From Candidatus Eiseniibacteriota bacterium (lineage in GTDB: Bacteria > Eisenbacteria > RBG-16-71-46 > SZUA-252), in assembly GCA_963740415.1 (NCBI GenBank), contig CAVUEC010000012.1, forward strand, positions 799 to 64,798: a stretch of 64,000 nt of DNA, written 5' to 3'. How positions within the stretch are numbered: position 1 is the stretch's first letter; each line of letters opens with the position of its first letter. The position numbers and the translations under genes were made by a program. This document shows, piece after piece, positions 40,181-51,565 of this stretch. Under the pieces are notes generated by a model. The model saw only the letters and a program-made list of their open reading frames with translations, made no database searches and was not told the DNA's origin.

Positions 40181-41098
40181 CTATGGCCGGGCCGGGAGGA
40201 CGTACGCCAGCGCGAAGCCGATCTGCGCGACGAACATCATGACGTACATGTGGGTCCAGGACGGGTGGTTCTCGGTCCTGGCCAGATCGTCCGGGCGGCG
40301 GACCATGAGGTAGACGACATAGGCGCCCCAGGCCGCGAGCACGCCCGCCAGGGCGTAAAGAATTCGGGGATTGCCGGTCAGAAATCCGTGCTGGACCCCG
40401 TAGGGGATGAGCAGGAAGGGGAGAACCAGGAACGGCGCGATGATCCAGGCCGCGCGCCTGGCGCCGTGGACCACCGGAAGCGTGCGGAACCCCGCCGCCT
40501 CGTCGCCCCGCATGTCCGCGAAGTCCTTGGTCGTCGTGGCGCCGAGGAGGAAGAGCCCGAAGATCGCCCCGATGTACCAGGGCTCGAGCCGTCCGAAGTC
40601 CCGTACGCAAGACCACCCAGCTACCTTGAGCAGGACCCCCCTCGGCACCGCGATCACGATGTTGGCCAGGTAGGGGACCGCCTTCATCCGAAACGGCGGG
40701 GCCGAGTAGAGAACGGTGAGGACGGCCGCCGTCCCGGCCAGGAGCGTGCATTGGGGCCCCACGGGGGCCGCCAGGATGAACGCGGCGAGGTAGAGCCACC
40801 CAGCGATCCCGATCGCCTCCGAAGGCTCGACACGGCCTTCCGGAATCGGCCTCCCGGGCTTGTTGATCCGGTCCGCCTCGAGGTCGGTGACCTGGTTCAG
40901 GGTATTGGAGGCGGCGTTCAGGACCGCCGCCATCAACGTGCCCAGGACGATCTTGGCAACGACCCACGGCGTGAGGGGCACCGCCGGGGCGGCGCCGAGG
41001 GCGATCACGCTCCCCGTGAACATCCCGAGCGCGGGCGCGATCAGGGTGAAGGGGCGGGCCAGCTCCCAGGTCGTCCGCGCGCGGTCAGCGAGGGACAA
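40181..41098 (-). CDS. UbiA-superfamily prenyltransferase
   Basis: NQVTDLEADRINKPGRPIPEGR, YSAPPFRMK, KDFADMRGD; multi-TM. Confidence 0.9.
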   Translation of the reverse strand: MSLADRARTTWELARPFTLIAPALGMFTGSVIALGAAPAVPLTPWVVAKIVLGTLMAAVLNAASNTLNQVTDLEADRINKPGRPIPEGRVEPSEAIGIAGWLYLAAFILAAPVGPQCTLLAGTAAVLTVLYSAPPFRMKAVPYLANIVIAVPRGVLLKVAGWSCVRDFGRLEPWYIGAIFGLFLLGATTTKDFADMRGDEAAGFRTLPVVHGARRAAWIIAPFLVLPFLLIPYGVQHGFLTGNPRILYALAGVLAAWGAYVVYLMVRRPDDLARTENHPSWTHMYVMMFVAQIGFALAYVLPARP

Positions 41099-43119
41099 GG
41101 TCTTTGCCGTCCATGTCGGCCGGAGGCTGGATGCCGAGCTGGCGTAGAACCGTCGGCGCCAGGTCGATGATGTTGGCCTCGGCGCTTCCCATCGGCCGGC
41201 TGGAGAAGAAGACGCCGGGCACCTGGGTCGGATCGACGGAGCAGTGGTCCGCGCTCCACCGGCGCTCGTTCAGCTCGATCACCTCGGGCGGGATTCCTCC
41301 GAGGGAGGTCTGCCACGAAACCCGGTATCCCTTCTCAAAGCCCACGACCATGTCCGGCGCCTCGCTGAAATAAGGGCCCGAGTAGATCTCCTCGCGCCGG
41401 TACACGCGCCGCACCACCGCCTCGCCCGTGTCCGGGTCCCGGAGCGCGCCGAACCGCCGCACGATCTCGCTCCGCAGCGAGTCGTACTCCGCGCCCGGCG
41501 CCACGATCCCGTACCGCTCGCGTCCCTTGAGATTCACGTAGATCTGGCCCAGCGCGAGCGCGTACGCGCGCGTCTTCGTCCAGTCCACGTTGGGCCAGAA
41601 CGTGCCGCGGCCGAAGAGGTCCTCGAGATTTCGGTCGCGCACGGGGTCGCTCCCGGAAAGCGTCATGTACCCGTTCCGCACGAGCCACGTGTTGATGTTC
41701 ACGGCCTTCCGGAAGCTCGAGAATCCGTGGTCGGAGACCACGTAGAGCGTCCCGCGCCCGTCCTTGCAGCGCTCGAGGACCGCGCCCACCAGGCTGTCCG
41801 CGCGCATGTACACCTTGTCGATCGCGTCGCCGTACTGCTCGGCGAGCCGGCGGTTGTACATGGGATGCGTGGGATCGATCAGCCGCCAGAACATGTGCTG
41901 GACCTTGTCGGTCGACTGAAACACGCTCACGAAGAGGTCCGGATTCGTCTGATCGAGCGCGTCGAACACGAGCGCCCGCTGATGGTCGAAGGTGAAATTC
42001 AGGTCCTCGAGAAACACCCGCTCGTCGATCGCCTCCTCGTTGAGCGCCCAGGTGTCCTCGGGCCAACCCAGCGTTTTGTAGAGCCCGGTGCGCTTGGCCA
42101 GCTCCGCGCTGTACGCCGGGCGGTGTCGAGACCGGCACGGGCGGGCGCCTCGGGTCGAAGTTGATCGGCGAGAGGTACACGCGCAGCTCCGGGTACGCCT
42201 CCACGACGTGGAAGCGCGCGATCCCATGGACCGTCACGAACGGCGCGACCGCGAACTCGATCGGATACCAATCGCTCCACTCGCCCTGGCGGACGGTGCG
42301 GATGCGGCCCTGCACCGCGATTCGCACCGCGGGGAGCGGACCGTCGCCCTGGCCGTCCGCGGGCGGGGCGCTCTTCACCCGCAGAAACTCGACGGGGATC
42401 GTGATGTCGGGGATACGTCCCTCGGCATCGCGGTTCGCGAGGGGGTTTCGGGGGCCGTGAATCACCGAAACGGCGCGGCCATTCCTGTCGACCTGGACCC
42501 GGGCCACCTTCCCGCCCATCTCCGTATCCCCGACCCCCGTGGCGTTGGTTGCCCAGTAGGAGAATGTGCCCATGGTGCCTCGGATATCGGGAACCCCAAG
42601 CCCGGACAGGAGTACGCCATTCTGTAGCTTCTCGGGCGGGAAGTTGATCGGGGCCTCCAGCACCGCCGTCCGCACCCCCTTCGAGGAGGCGATCTGCCAG
42701 AACGTCGTGCCCTTCCGGTTGTTGATGATCTTGGGCGCCTGGATCGGCAGGAATCCGAGCGCGAACTTCGCCCGCTGAATGGTCACGGTGGAGAAGTCGG
42801 GGAAGTAGGTGTACGGATTCCGGCGCAGAAAATCGAAAATCCGGGTCTTGCCCGGGTTCATTCCGGTGGAGAACGCCGACCAGGCGACGGGGGACTGCGC
42901 AGGGTTGGTCGTGGCGAGACGGCGCATCGCCCCGTGCTCTTTCATCCAGGCGAGGTTTGGAAGCTTTCCGGCCGCGATGAGCCGGTCCGCCATGTCGGGA
43001 TCCATTCCGTCGAATCCCAGGATGTAGATCCGCCCGCGGGGCTCCGCGCGGATCGGGGTGTCGGAGACGAAGAGCGAGAGGAGTGCTACGAGGAGCGCGA
43101 CCGGTCCGACGATCCGCAT
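41085..43119 (-). CDS. Secreted alkaline-phosphatase-superfamily phosphodiesterase/NPP (frameshift near 42120)
   Basis: Signal peptide; ILGFDGMD, PAQSPVAWSAFSTGMNPG, VVSDHGF, WSADH, IIDLAPTVL...DMDGK. Confidence 0.85.
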
Positions 43120-43170
43120 CGGTCTACTCCTCACGGTTGAATTCGAGCGATCAGCATACCAGCGCGGAAA

Positions 43171-43200
43171 ATCGTAGCATCGCGCTTCGCGGAGTGTCAA
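43171..43200 (-). promoter_or_regulatory. sigma70-type promoter for the phosphodiesterase-UbiA genes
   Basis: Minus strand TTGACA-18 nt-TACGAT with TGn extension. Confidence 0.55.
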
Positions 43201-43238
43201 ACGGGGGGGCTTGTCGCGGGGCGGCCGACCGGGTTGTC

Positions 43239-43268
43239 TTGACGGTGCGCAAGCGGCATTTCTATAAT
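43239..43268 (+). promoter_or_regulatory. sigma70-type promoter for the C25 peptidase-murQ operon
   Basis: TTGACG-18 nt-TATAAT; places the true start codon downstream of about 43275. Confidence 0.65.
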
Positions 43269-43325
43269 CACGGGCCGAGGAATTCTCCCATCTCTCTGAC
43301 GCGAGGGAACGCCTCCATCTTTCAC

Positions 43326-46300
43326 CTGTCCCGCCTCAGCCGAAACCCCCGCGCGCGCATCGCGCCGTCGCTTTTGGCGGCGTTGCTGGTCTCCGCGGCA
43401 GCGCCGGGCGTCTCGATGGCGGCGGCGCCCGTTGCCAAGGCCGCTCCGGCCGGCGCCGCGCCCGCGACCTCCGTGTCATCGCCCTCGCTACGAATGGGCA
43501 CCGCGCGCGCGGCGGCCCAGGATCCGCGGGGCGTCACGCTGGAATACGTTCCCGGTGAAATTCGCTTCGATACTCTGAGCGTGAACGGGACCACGTACTC
43601 GCGCGTGACCGTGATGGGCGCCACCATGGTTGAGCCGCCGGGCCGGCCCTGGCTCCCGACCGCGCAGCTTCCGGTCGCGATTCCCGAAGGCATGAGCCCA
43701 CGCGTGTCGATCGCGAGCGAAGACTGGAACGAGCGCGCCGGGCCGGCTCCGCCGCTCCCGGTCGCGAAACAGCGGTTTGTCTCCGACGACCCCAAGGCGG
43801 TCCCGGTGAGCGAATTCACGACGACCCCGGACCCGGGCGTCTACGGTCGCGCCGCGACGTACCCCGCGCAGGCGGTGGAAGCCGGCCGCGGCGCGGCGGT
43901 GGGCGGGATGTGGGTCGTGCCGGTTTACGTTCACCCCGTCCGGTGGAATCCGGCGACGCGCGCGTACCAAATTCTGACGAGAATGACGATCCGGGTGGAC
44001 TTCGTCCCCGCGAGCGACGCCGAGCGCGCCGCTCGCCCGGCGCTGCGCCCCGGCGCGGACGCGGGGGCATGGCAGCGTGTGCAGGAAGGGCTCGTGAAGA
44101 ATTATCAGTCGGCGCGATCGTTCCCGGTGCGGACGAAAGCGCTGCCGCGCCGCGCCGCGCGCACGAGAGCGTTCTTGAATCCCGAGTACAAGCTCGCCGT
44201 CACCGCGACGGGCTGGACTTCGATCAGCTTCACGGCGGTGAGCGCGGTGGGATTCCCGCCGAACATTCCGCTCAACCAGATCACGCTGTCGGTGAAGGGA
44301 TACGACGATGTGGGCGACAGCGCGACCGTGACGCAGGTCCCGGTGGTGCCTCGGGACAACAATTTCGACGGAATCTTCAACTTCCCGGACATCATCACGT
44401 TCTACGGGCAGAGTCCTCGGGACCGGATGGGCGCCGGCTCGCTCGAGACCCGGTACACCGACGCCAACGTCTACTGGCTCTCCTGGGCGAACTCGGCGGT
44501 CCCGCCGATCGGAACAATCAGCGGCGACATTACAGATCCTTCGCCTGTGGTCCCGACATCCTTCCTCGACACGATCCACATGGAGCAGGACCTGGTCATG
44601 CTCGCGTCGCCGGATCCGAGCGTGGCATCTCCGGCCGAGGCGGCGGATATCTTCTACTGGACCAACGGAAATTTCGATATCCCCGACCAGGTGGACCAGC
44701 CGATCCCGTTCGTCGATCCGGACACGTCGCAGCCGTTTCAGATCCGAGCCTTCTACCAGGGACAGAACAACTACGTTCACCGCCTCAACATCACGTACCA
44801 GTCGTCGACGTCGATCACGGATGTTCTGGCCGCCAACCAGACGTTCTTCAATCAGGAAACGTTTCTGCTCGACACCGGCCTCACGATTCCGGGCACGCAC
44901 ATCGGGCCGGGCGTGAACCACTACAAGCACGTCGGGGACGGACAGCCGCTCTCGGGCGGCACCTTCACCAATGGCAGCAAGGCGTGGCTGGATTGGATCG
45001 ACGTGACGTACGCGCGTCTCTACAAGGCCGAGAATCAGATGCTTCAATTCACGAGCGGGGGTGCGGGCGGCATTCGGGAGATTCACGTCGGGAACTTCAC
45101 CCCCTCCACCATCGAGATCTACGACGTGACGAATCCGACGGCCCCCCTGCGCGTCACCGATGTGTCGATTCCTCCGGCCACGGTTCCCCCGTTCACCTTC
45201 GAGGCGATCTTTCGAACGGACGCCACGGCGGGCGAGCGAAAGTTCGTCGCGATCATCCCGAACTTGGAGACTCCGCTCCCCGCCTCGGCGGTGACTGCCG
45301 ACACGCCATCCACGCTCACCGTTCCCGGCCTCTACGGAGCGAACAGCGTGGCCCGATCGATCATCATCGCGCCCCAGGCCTTTCTCACTCCGGCCAATCG
45401 GCTCGCTGACTACCGGAGGTCGCAGGGATACGTCGTCGAGGTGGCGGACGTCCAGGACGTCTACGACGAGTTCAACGGTGGGGTCAAATCGCCACGCGCG
45501 ATCCGGCGGTATCTGCGACATTCATACCTGACCTGGACTCCCGCGCCGACGTTTGTGCTGCTCGCGGGGGACGCGAGCATGGACTACAGACACCGCCTCG
45601 CGACCAGCGGGGTGGATTGGGTACCGACCTACTTACGCTTTGAGCCCATCGCGGGCCCGCAGGGCTCGGAGCAGGTGGCTGAAGACTCGTACTACTCGAT
45701 GAACCTCTCGTCGGCAGTGCCGGGCGCGACCGATTTTGTCCCCAGCATCTTCCTGGCGAGGGTCCCGGCCGGGAATGCCTCCGAGCTGGACCAATTTGTA
45801 AGCAAGGCGATCACCTACGAGAACTTCCAGGCCTCGGACACGTGGCGCGGGCGGATGATGCTGGTGTCGGATGATGAGTACTCGACGGGAATCTTCTCCG
45901 TGGCAGGCTACTGCCACAATCCCGCCGAGGCGCTATTCCACGATTCCAACGTGGCCTTCGCGAATCTGGCCTCCGCAAGCCAGTCGGGGCAGGATATCCA
46001 TTCCGACTTCTTCGACCTTAAGACCTACACCGATCCGTTGGCCGTGACCTGCGTCAGCGGTTCCGACCCTAACTGTAGGGTTCCGACCTGCGTCTACAAC
46101 GCCTTCCACGCGTCAGGTGGCGGGGCCGATCAGTTCTTCTCCCAGCTCGGGCCGGGCGCGCTCATCGTGAACGTCGAGTCGCACGCCAACCGCTACATCA
46201 TCGCCGACGAGCGCCTCTACGCCACGACCGCCACGTTCGGCGGCCCCGACTATCCCCACCTGAACAACGTGGACCGCCCGGCCCTCCTCATGATCTGGGG

Positions 46301-47612
46301 CTGCCACGCAAACCAGTTCGCGGATGGGCCGTTTTCCTATGGACCCACGGGGTCGTTGAGCGACAGCAGCGACGCGCTGGGGGAGGACTGGCTGCTGATC
46401 CCCAGTCGAGGCTCGATCGGCTCCCTGGGCAGCAGCGCCCTCGAGTTCCTGAATACGAACTCGGCCTACAACGACTACGTCGGCCAGGCGTTCTTCACGA
46501 CGCCGCCGGTACCCACGCCACCGCCCGGGCAGCCGCGACGCGCGCGCTGGATCATGGGTGAAGTGCTGGGGCAGGCCGCGATCGTGAACGGGATGAGCAC
46601 GTCGGGGTTTGGCCAAACCCAGAACGTGATGTCTCTGACCGTGAATCTCCTCGGCGATCCCATGACCAAGATGGACGCGTTGCCGCCGCGCGTGTTCGAG
46701 GTGAAGCTGAACGGCACGGTCTACACGGACGGCGGAGCGTTTACCAACGACACCCCCACGGACAGCGTGACGCTCGTCGCCAAAGTTCGGGACGAGTCGG
46801 GCGTGGCGCAGACGACCCTGGCCGAGCGGGATCTCGCGAGCGGGACGATCGCTCCCATCGACTCGACCACCTACACGATCGCGCGGTCAGATTCGGGGCG
46901 TCTGATGACGGTCACCACGCTCGCGCGGCCGCACATCGGGAACTACGACCTCCAAGTCAGGGCCATCGACGGAAACGGGCGGCTTCAAGTGTTCGCACTT
47001 CAAGTACGCACACCCATCCGCTACCTCGCGAACGGAGTGGCAATCGTCAACAACGTGTTCGTGGAAAACGAGGCGATCCTCCGGGCGGAGATCACGGCGC
47101 CCATCCCGGTGACGGCGGACTCGCTCGAGCTCTATCTCGACGGCGTTCCGATCACGGTTACCAAGAAGCAGACCGACGGGGTGGGCCGGCAGTGGGTGCT
47201 CGAGGGGCTCCGCGAGGGGCGCGGCCCTGGATCGCACACGCTTCAGGCGGCGATCGGCGGGCGCACCGCGGGCCTCGATCAGGTCTCGTATCAAGTGAGC
47301 ACGCAATTCACCATGCGCGGCGTCGCGGTGGTGAGCCCCCAGGTGATGGGCACGGGCTGCGGCGGTTCGGTGTTCCAGTACGAACTCAGCGCGCCGGCCG
47401 GCAAGGTCGAGCTGCTCCTCCTGACCGTGGCGGGAAGGCGCGTATCCTCGATCCAGATGCCCGGCAACGCTGGCTTCAACGTCTACTGCTGGGATGGCCG
47501 CGATTCGGAGGGCCACGACACCGCGGCGGGCGTCTATCTCTATCGGCTCAAGGCGACCGACGCGACGGGCCGCACGGTCACCCAAGACGGTCGGATGATC
47601 CGCCCGCGGTGA
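43326..47612 (+). CDS. Gingipain/PorU-like peptidase C25 with propeptide and C-terminal FlgD-Ig domain
   Basis: Propeptide-like EPPGRPWLP...AIPEG; QDVYDEFNGG, FVLLAGDASMD, LARVPA, SHAN, WGCHA, NLLGDP; WDGRD...AAGVYLYRL; start uncertain (frame open from 43083). Confidence 0.85.
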   Translation: MSRLSRNPRARIAPSLLAALLVSAAAPGVSMAAAPVAKAAPAGAAPATSVSSPSLRMGTARAAAQDPRGVTLEYVPGEIRFDTLSVNGTTYSRVTVMGATMVEPPGRPWLPTAQLPVAIPEGMSPRVSIASEDWNERAGPAPPLPVAKQRFVSDDPKAVPVSEFTTTPDPGVYGRAATYPAQAVEAGRGAAVGGMWVVPVYVHPVRWNPATRAYQILTRMTIRVDFVPASDAERAARPALRPGADAGAWQRVQEGLVKNYQSARSFPVRTKALPRRAARTRAFLNPEYKLAVTATGWTSISFTAVSAVGFPPNIPLNQITLSVKGYDDVGDSATVTQVPVVPRDNNFDGIFNFPDIITFYGQSPRDRMGAGSLETRYTDANVYWLSWANSAVPPIGTISGDITDPSPVVPTSFLDTIHMEQDLVMLASPDPSVASPAEAADIFYWTNGNFDIPDQVDQPIPFVDPDTSQPFQIRAFYQGQNNYVHRLNITYQSSTSITDVLAANQTFFNQETFLLDTGLTIPGTHIGPGVNHYKHVGDGQPLSGGTFTNGSKAWLDWIDVTYARLYKAENQMLQFTSGGAGGIREIHVGNFTPSTIEIYDVTNPTAPLRVTDVSIPPATVPPFTFEAIFRTDATAGERKFVAIIPNLETPLPASAVTADTPSTLTVPGLYGANSVARSIIIAPQAFLTPANRLADYRRSQGYVVEVADVQDVYDEFNGGVKSPRAIRRYLRHSYLTWTPAPTFVLLAGDASMDYRHRLATSGVDWVPTYLRFEPIAGPQGSEQVAEDSYYSMNLSSAVPGATDFVPSIFLARVPAGNASELDQFVSKAITYENFQASDTWRGRMMLVSDDEYSTGIFSVAGYCHNPAEALFHDSNVAFANLASASQSGQDIHSDFFDLKTYTDPLAVTCVSGSDPNCRVPTCVYNAFHASGGGADQFFSQLGPGALIVNVESHANRYIIADERLYATTATFGGPDYPHLNNVDRPALLMIWGCHANQFADGPFSYGPTGSLSDSSDALGEDWLLIPSRGSIGSLGSSALEFLNTNSAYNDYVGQAFFTTPPVPTPPPGQPRRARWIMGEVLGQAAIVNGMSTSGFGQTQNVMSLTVNLLGDPMTKMDALPPRVFEVKLNGTVYTDGGAFTNDTPTDSVTLVAKVRDESGVAQTTLAERDLASGTIAPIDSTTYTIARSDSGRLMTVTTLARPHIGNYDLQVRAIDGNGRLQVFALQVRTPIRYLANGVAIVNNVFVENEAILRAEITAPIPVTADSLELYLDGVPITVTKKQTDGVGRQWVLEGLREGRGPGSHTLQAAIGGRTAGLDQVSYQVSTQFTMRGVAVVSPQVMGTGCGGSVFQYELSAPAGKVELLLLTVAGRRVSSIQMPGNAGFNVYCWDGRDSEGHDTAAGVYLYRLKATDATGRTVTQDGRMIRPR

Positions 47613-48536
47613 AAGACCGGCGAAGCGGCAAGGTCATCTACCGGGAGCTGGCCGGCCTCGTCACCGAGACGCGGAATCCGCGCTCCAGGCGCCTCGACCA
47701 GCTCTCGACGCCACAAGTGCTTCGTCTCATGAACCGCGAGGATCAGCACGTCCCGCGCGCCGTCGCCCGTGAAATCCCCCGAATCTCGAAGGCCGTGGAT
47801 CTCATCGTGGAGCGGCTCCTCCGCGGCGGGCGCCTTTTCTACGTGGGCGCGGGCACTAGCGGGCGGCTGGGCGTTCTGGACGCGGCGGAATGTCCGCCCA
47901 CGTTCGGCACGCCGAGGACCTTGGTCCAGGGAATCATCGCCGGCGGCCGTCGCGCGCTGGTGCGTTCGGTCGAAGGCGCGGAGGACGACGCGAAGGCCGC
48001 GGCGGCCGCGCTCAAGAAGCGCCGGGTGGGGAAGAAGGACATCGTGGTCGGCATCATGGCGAGCCGGCGCACGCCTTACGCGCTGGGCGCCGTGGCTTAC
48101 GGCCGCCGGGTGGGCGCGGCGACCATCGTGGTGACGGCCAATCCGGCCGCCGGCGTCAAAGATCGCGTGCGACGTGATCATCGCGCCGCGCGTGGGCCCC
48201 GAGGTGCTGACCGGCTCCACACGGCTCAAGTCGGGGACCGCGCAGAAGCTGGTCTTGAACATGCTCTCGACCGCGACCATGATCCGCCTGGGGAAGGTCT
48301 ACGAGAACCTCATGGTCGATCTTCGCACCGCGAGCCGGAAGCTGGAGGAGCGCACCAAGCGCGTCCTCGTGCACGCTGCCGGGGTTCGCTACCAGGACGC
48401 GCCTCGGTTGTTAAAGCGCGCAGGCGGCTCGCTCAAGGTGGCGATCGTGATGAGCCGCGCCGGCGTCACCCGCGCGGAGGCCGAACGACGACTCAAAGGG
48501 GCCCAGGGATGGGTGCGAAAGGCGCTTCGAGGGTAG
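47609..48536 (+). CDS. murQ: N-acetylmuramic acid 6-phosphate etherase (frameshift near 48165)
   Basis: TETRNPRS, GAGTSGRLGVLDAAECPPTFG, VGPEVLTGSTRLKSGTAQKLVLNMLST. Confidence 0.93.
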
Positions 48537-49833
48537 GGTTTCGCAGGGCGGCCGCCGGAGTTCTCGGCGGAGCCGTCGTCGTACGCGCTCGCGGTTTTGG
48601 GTTTTCTTCGGCGCCGGCTGCGCGGGGAAGAAGGAGCCCGCGAAGCGGACCGTCGTCTTCTGGCAGTTCTCCCCGCTCACCGCCATCCAGCCGATCCTCG
48701 CCAGGTTCGAAGCCGAGAATCCGACGATTCACGTCGAGGTGGAGCAGCTCACCTGGCAGAGCGGGCGCGAGAAGATCGTCGCCGCGATCGCCGCCGGGCG
48801 CCCGCCCGATCTCTGCGAGCTGGGCTCGACGTTTCTCCCCGGGCTGGTCGCCGACAGCACCCTCGTCGACCTCACGGACCGGATCGAGGATGTCCGGAAC
48901 ACGCTCCTCGGGTGGAAGGTGGTGGGGTACCAGGGGCGTGCGTACGCGCTTCCCTGGATGCTGGGCACGCGCGCCCTCTACCTGAACGACGATCTCTTCC
49001 GCCGCGCCGGGCTCGACCCCAAGAAGCCCCCGGTAACGTGGCCGGAGATGTACCGCGCGGCCAAGCTCATCAGCGAGAAGGCGCCGGGCGCCAAGGGATT
49101 CGGGATGAACGCGGGGGAGCGCGAGATCCTCTTCAAGAAGTTCATGCCGTTCGCGTGGGCCAACGGCGGCGACATCCTCGACTCGAGCATGACGAAGAGC
49201 GTGTTCGCGAGCCGCGAGAATCTGGAAGCGCTGAAGTTCTATCTCTCGCTGAAACCGTACTCGCTCCTCGACAAGCAGGAGATGCACGAGGAGGCGTTCG
49301 CGAAGGGCCGCCTCGGCATGATCATTTCGGGCCCCTGGCTTTTGCGGAAGCTGCCCGAGCAGGCGCCCGACCTCCACTTCAGCGTGGCGCTCATGCCGTG
49401 CCCCGCGCGGGACCACGGGATCCCGGCCTCGTTCGCGGGCGCCGAGGTGCTTGGAATCTTCCGAAACGCCAAGCACCAGGAGGACGCGCTCCACCTTGCC
49501 CGCTTCTTGATCCGGCCCGAGAACACGATGCCGCTCTTTCTCACGACGGGGAACGCGTTCCCGGCCGCGTGGGCGTCGGCGGGAGATCCTTATTTCGCCG
49601 AGCATCCGAAGGACGTCGTGTTCCTGCTTCAGCTGAAGACCGCGGTCGGCCCGCCGCTCCACCCGCGCTGGGTGGAGATCGAGGAAGCGCTGAACGGGGA
49701 GCTGGAGGAGGCGATCTACGGCCGGAAGACCCCGGAGGTCGCGCTCAAGGCGGCCGATTCCGAGATCAACGCAATCCTCGCTCGAGCGGCCGTGAAGAGG
49801 GCGCTGAGCGCCCTGACGAGCGGACGACCGTGA
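48509..49833 (+). CDS. Carbohydrate ABC transporter substrate-binding lipoprotein (5' end frameshifted)
   Basis: Lipobox FGAGC, TVVFWQ, FEAENPTIHV, AAGRPPD, LYLNDDLF, GMIISGPW; start approximate. Confidence 0.85.
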
Positions 49834-50703
49834 GAGGCGCGCGGCCGTGGCTGGGGCTCGCGCCGTGGCTCGCCTGCTTCGCGCTCTTCGGCCTTTTCCC
49901 TCTCGCGCACGCGCTCGTCCTCAGCTTCTTCGTCTTACAACCCGCTTCGCCCCGATCTCGCCCGCTGGGTCGGGGCTGAGAACTACGCCCGCGCGCTCGC
50001 GTCCCCGTCGTTCTGGCATTCGCTCCGTACCACCGCGTTCTTCGCGGCGGGCACGCTCCCGGTCACGCTGAGCCTCGCGTACGGCGTCGCGGCGCTCCTC
50101 GGCCGCGTGCGCCGCGCGCAGGGCTTCTTCCGGGCCGCCATCTTCTTCCCCGCGACGCTCTCGATGGTCGTGATCTCGCTCGTGTTCAAGTCGATCTACG
50201 CCGAGGAAGGGCTCTGGAACGGGTGGCTCGCCGCGGTGGGACTCCAGCCCGTCCACTGGCTTCTCGACACGCGGACGGCGCTTCCTTCGATCATGATCAT
50301 GGACGTCTGGGCGAGCGTGGGGTACTACGCGATCTTGCTGCTCGCGGCGCGCCAGACGCTCCCGGGAGAACAGCTGGAGGCCGCGCGTCTGGAGGGGCTC
50401 TCGGCCTGGACCGTCGAGCGGCGGATCGTCTTCCCGCACGTTCGGCCGGTGCTCCTCTTCGTCGTCCTTCTCAACACGATCCGCTCGTTTCAGATCTTCA
50501 TCGAGGTGTTCGTGCTCACCCGCGGCGGGCCGCTCGAAAGCACGCTGACGCTCGTGTATCACCTCTACGAGCGGGCGTTCTATCACTTCGAGATGGGCTA
50601 CGCCTGCGCGCTCGCGTTCCTGCTTCTGCTCCTGGTGGGGCTGCTCCTTCTCGCGCAGCGCCGGCTTCTGGGGCCGGGCAGCGGCGCGAAGGAGACCGCG
50701 TGA
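49830..50703 (+). CDS. Carbohydrate ABC transporter permease (frameshift near 49935)
   Basis: WVGAENY, FFRAAIFFPA, EAARLEG (EAA loop), LTRGGP, FEMGYACA. Confidence 0.88.
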
Positions 50704-51534
50704 AGCGTCGCGGCGCGGGTCAGCCCGGCGAAGGACGGATCTACGCGGCCCTCTGCGCGATCGCGCTCCTGTCGCTGGTTCCCGTCGTCTACATGGCCCG
50801 CGTGTCCCTGGGCCGGGGAGGAGACCTTCCCGATCTCGCCCGGGGATTGGTTCGGGCAGCCGCTGACCCTGTCCCACTACCGCGATCTCTTCGCGGGCGG
50901 CCCGATGGCGCGCTTCGCGCTCAATTCGATCGTCGTGACGGGGATCGCCGTGCCGCTCCAGATGCTCCTCGCGGCCGCGGCCGGTCACGCGCTGGCCCGG
51001 ACGCGGCTCGTGGGGCGCGGCGCGCTGCTCGCGCTCGCCACGGCGTTTCTCATCCTGCCGCGCCAGGTCACGCTGGTCCCGCTCTACCTGTTGCTCTCGA
51101 AGGTGGGGCTCCTGGACACCTACCCGGCGCTCATCCTGCCGCACCTGGCCGATCCGTTCGGCGTGCTCTTCATGGCTCACTACTATCAGACGATGTCGCC
51201 CGAGCTGGAGGAGGCGGCGCGGACCGACGGCTGGTCGTCGGCCGCGATCTTCTGGCGGATCGTGCTCCCGCTCTCGGGCCCCGGGCTCGCGGTCGTGGGC
51301 GTGAATGGTTTCTTGATCACGTGGAACGCCTTCCTGCACCCTCTGGTCCTGACGACCTCGGAGTCGATGCGGACCCTGCCGGTCGGGCTCGCGCTCTTCG
51401 CGCAATCGGAGCACAGCGTGGATTGGGGCGCGCTCCTCGCGGGGTCGACTCTGGCGACGGCGCCGGTTCTGATCGCGTTCGCGTTCTTCCAGCGGCAGAT
51501 CGTGGAGGGAATCTTGAAGGGAAGCGGACGATGA
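50700..51534 (+). CDS. Carbohydrate ABC transporter permease (frameshift near 50820)
   Basis: LNSIVV, VTLVPLY, ELEEAARTDG, WNAFLHPL, RTLPVGL, FQRQIVEG. Confidence 0.88.
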
Positions 51535-51565
51535 CGCGCGGGACGTTGGGCGAAGGGCAACACCG

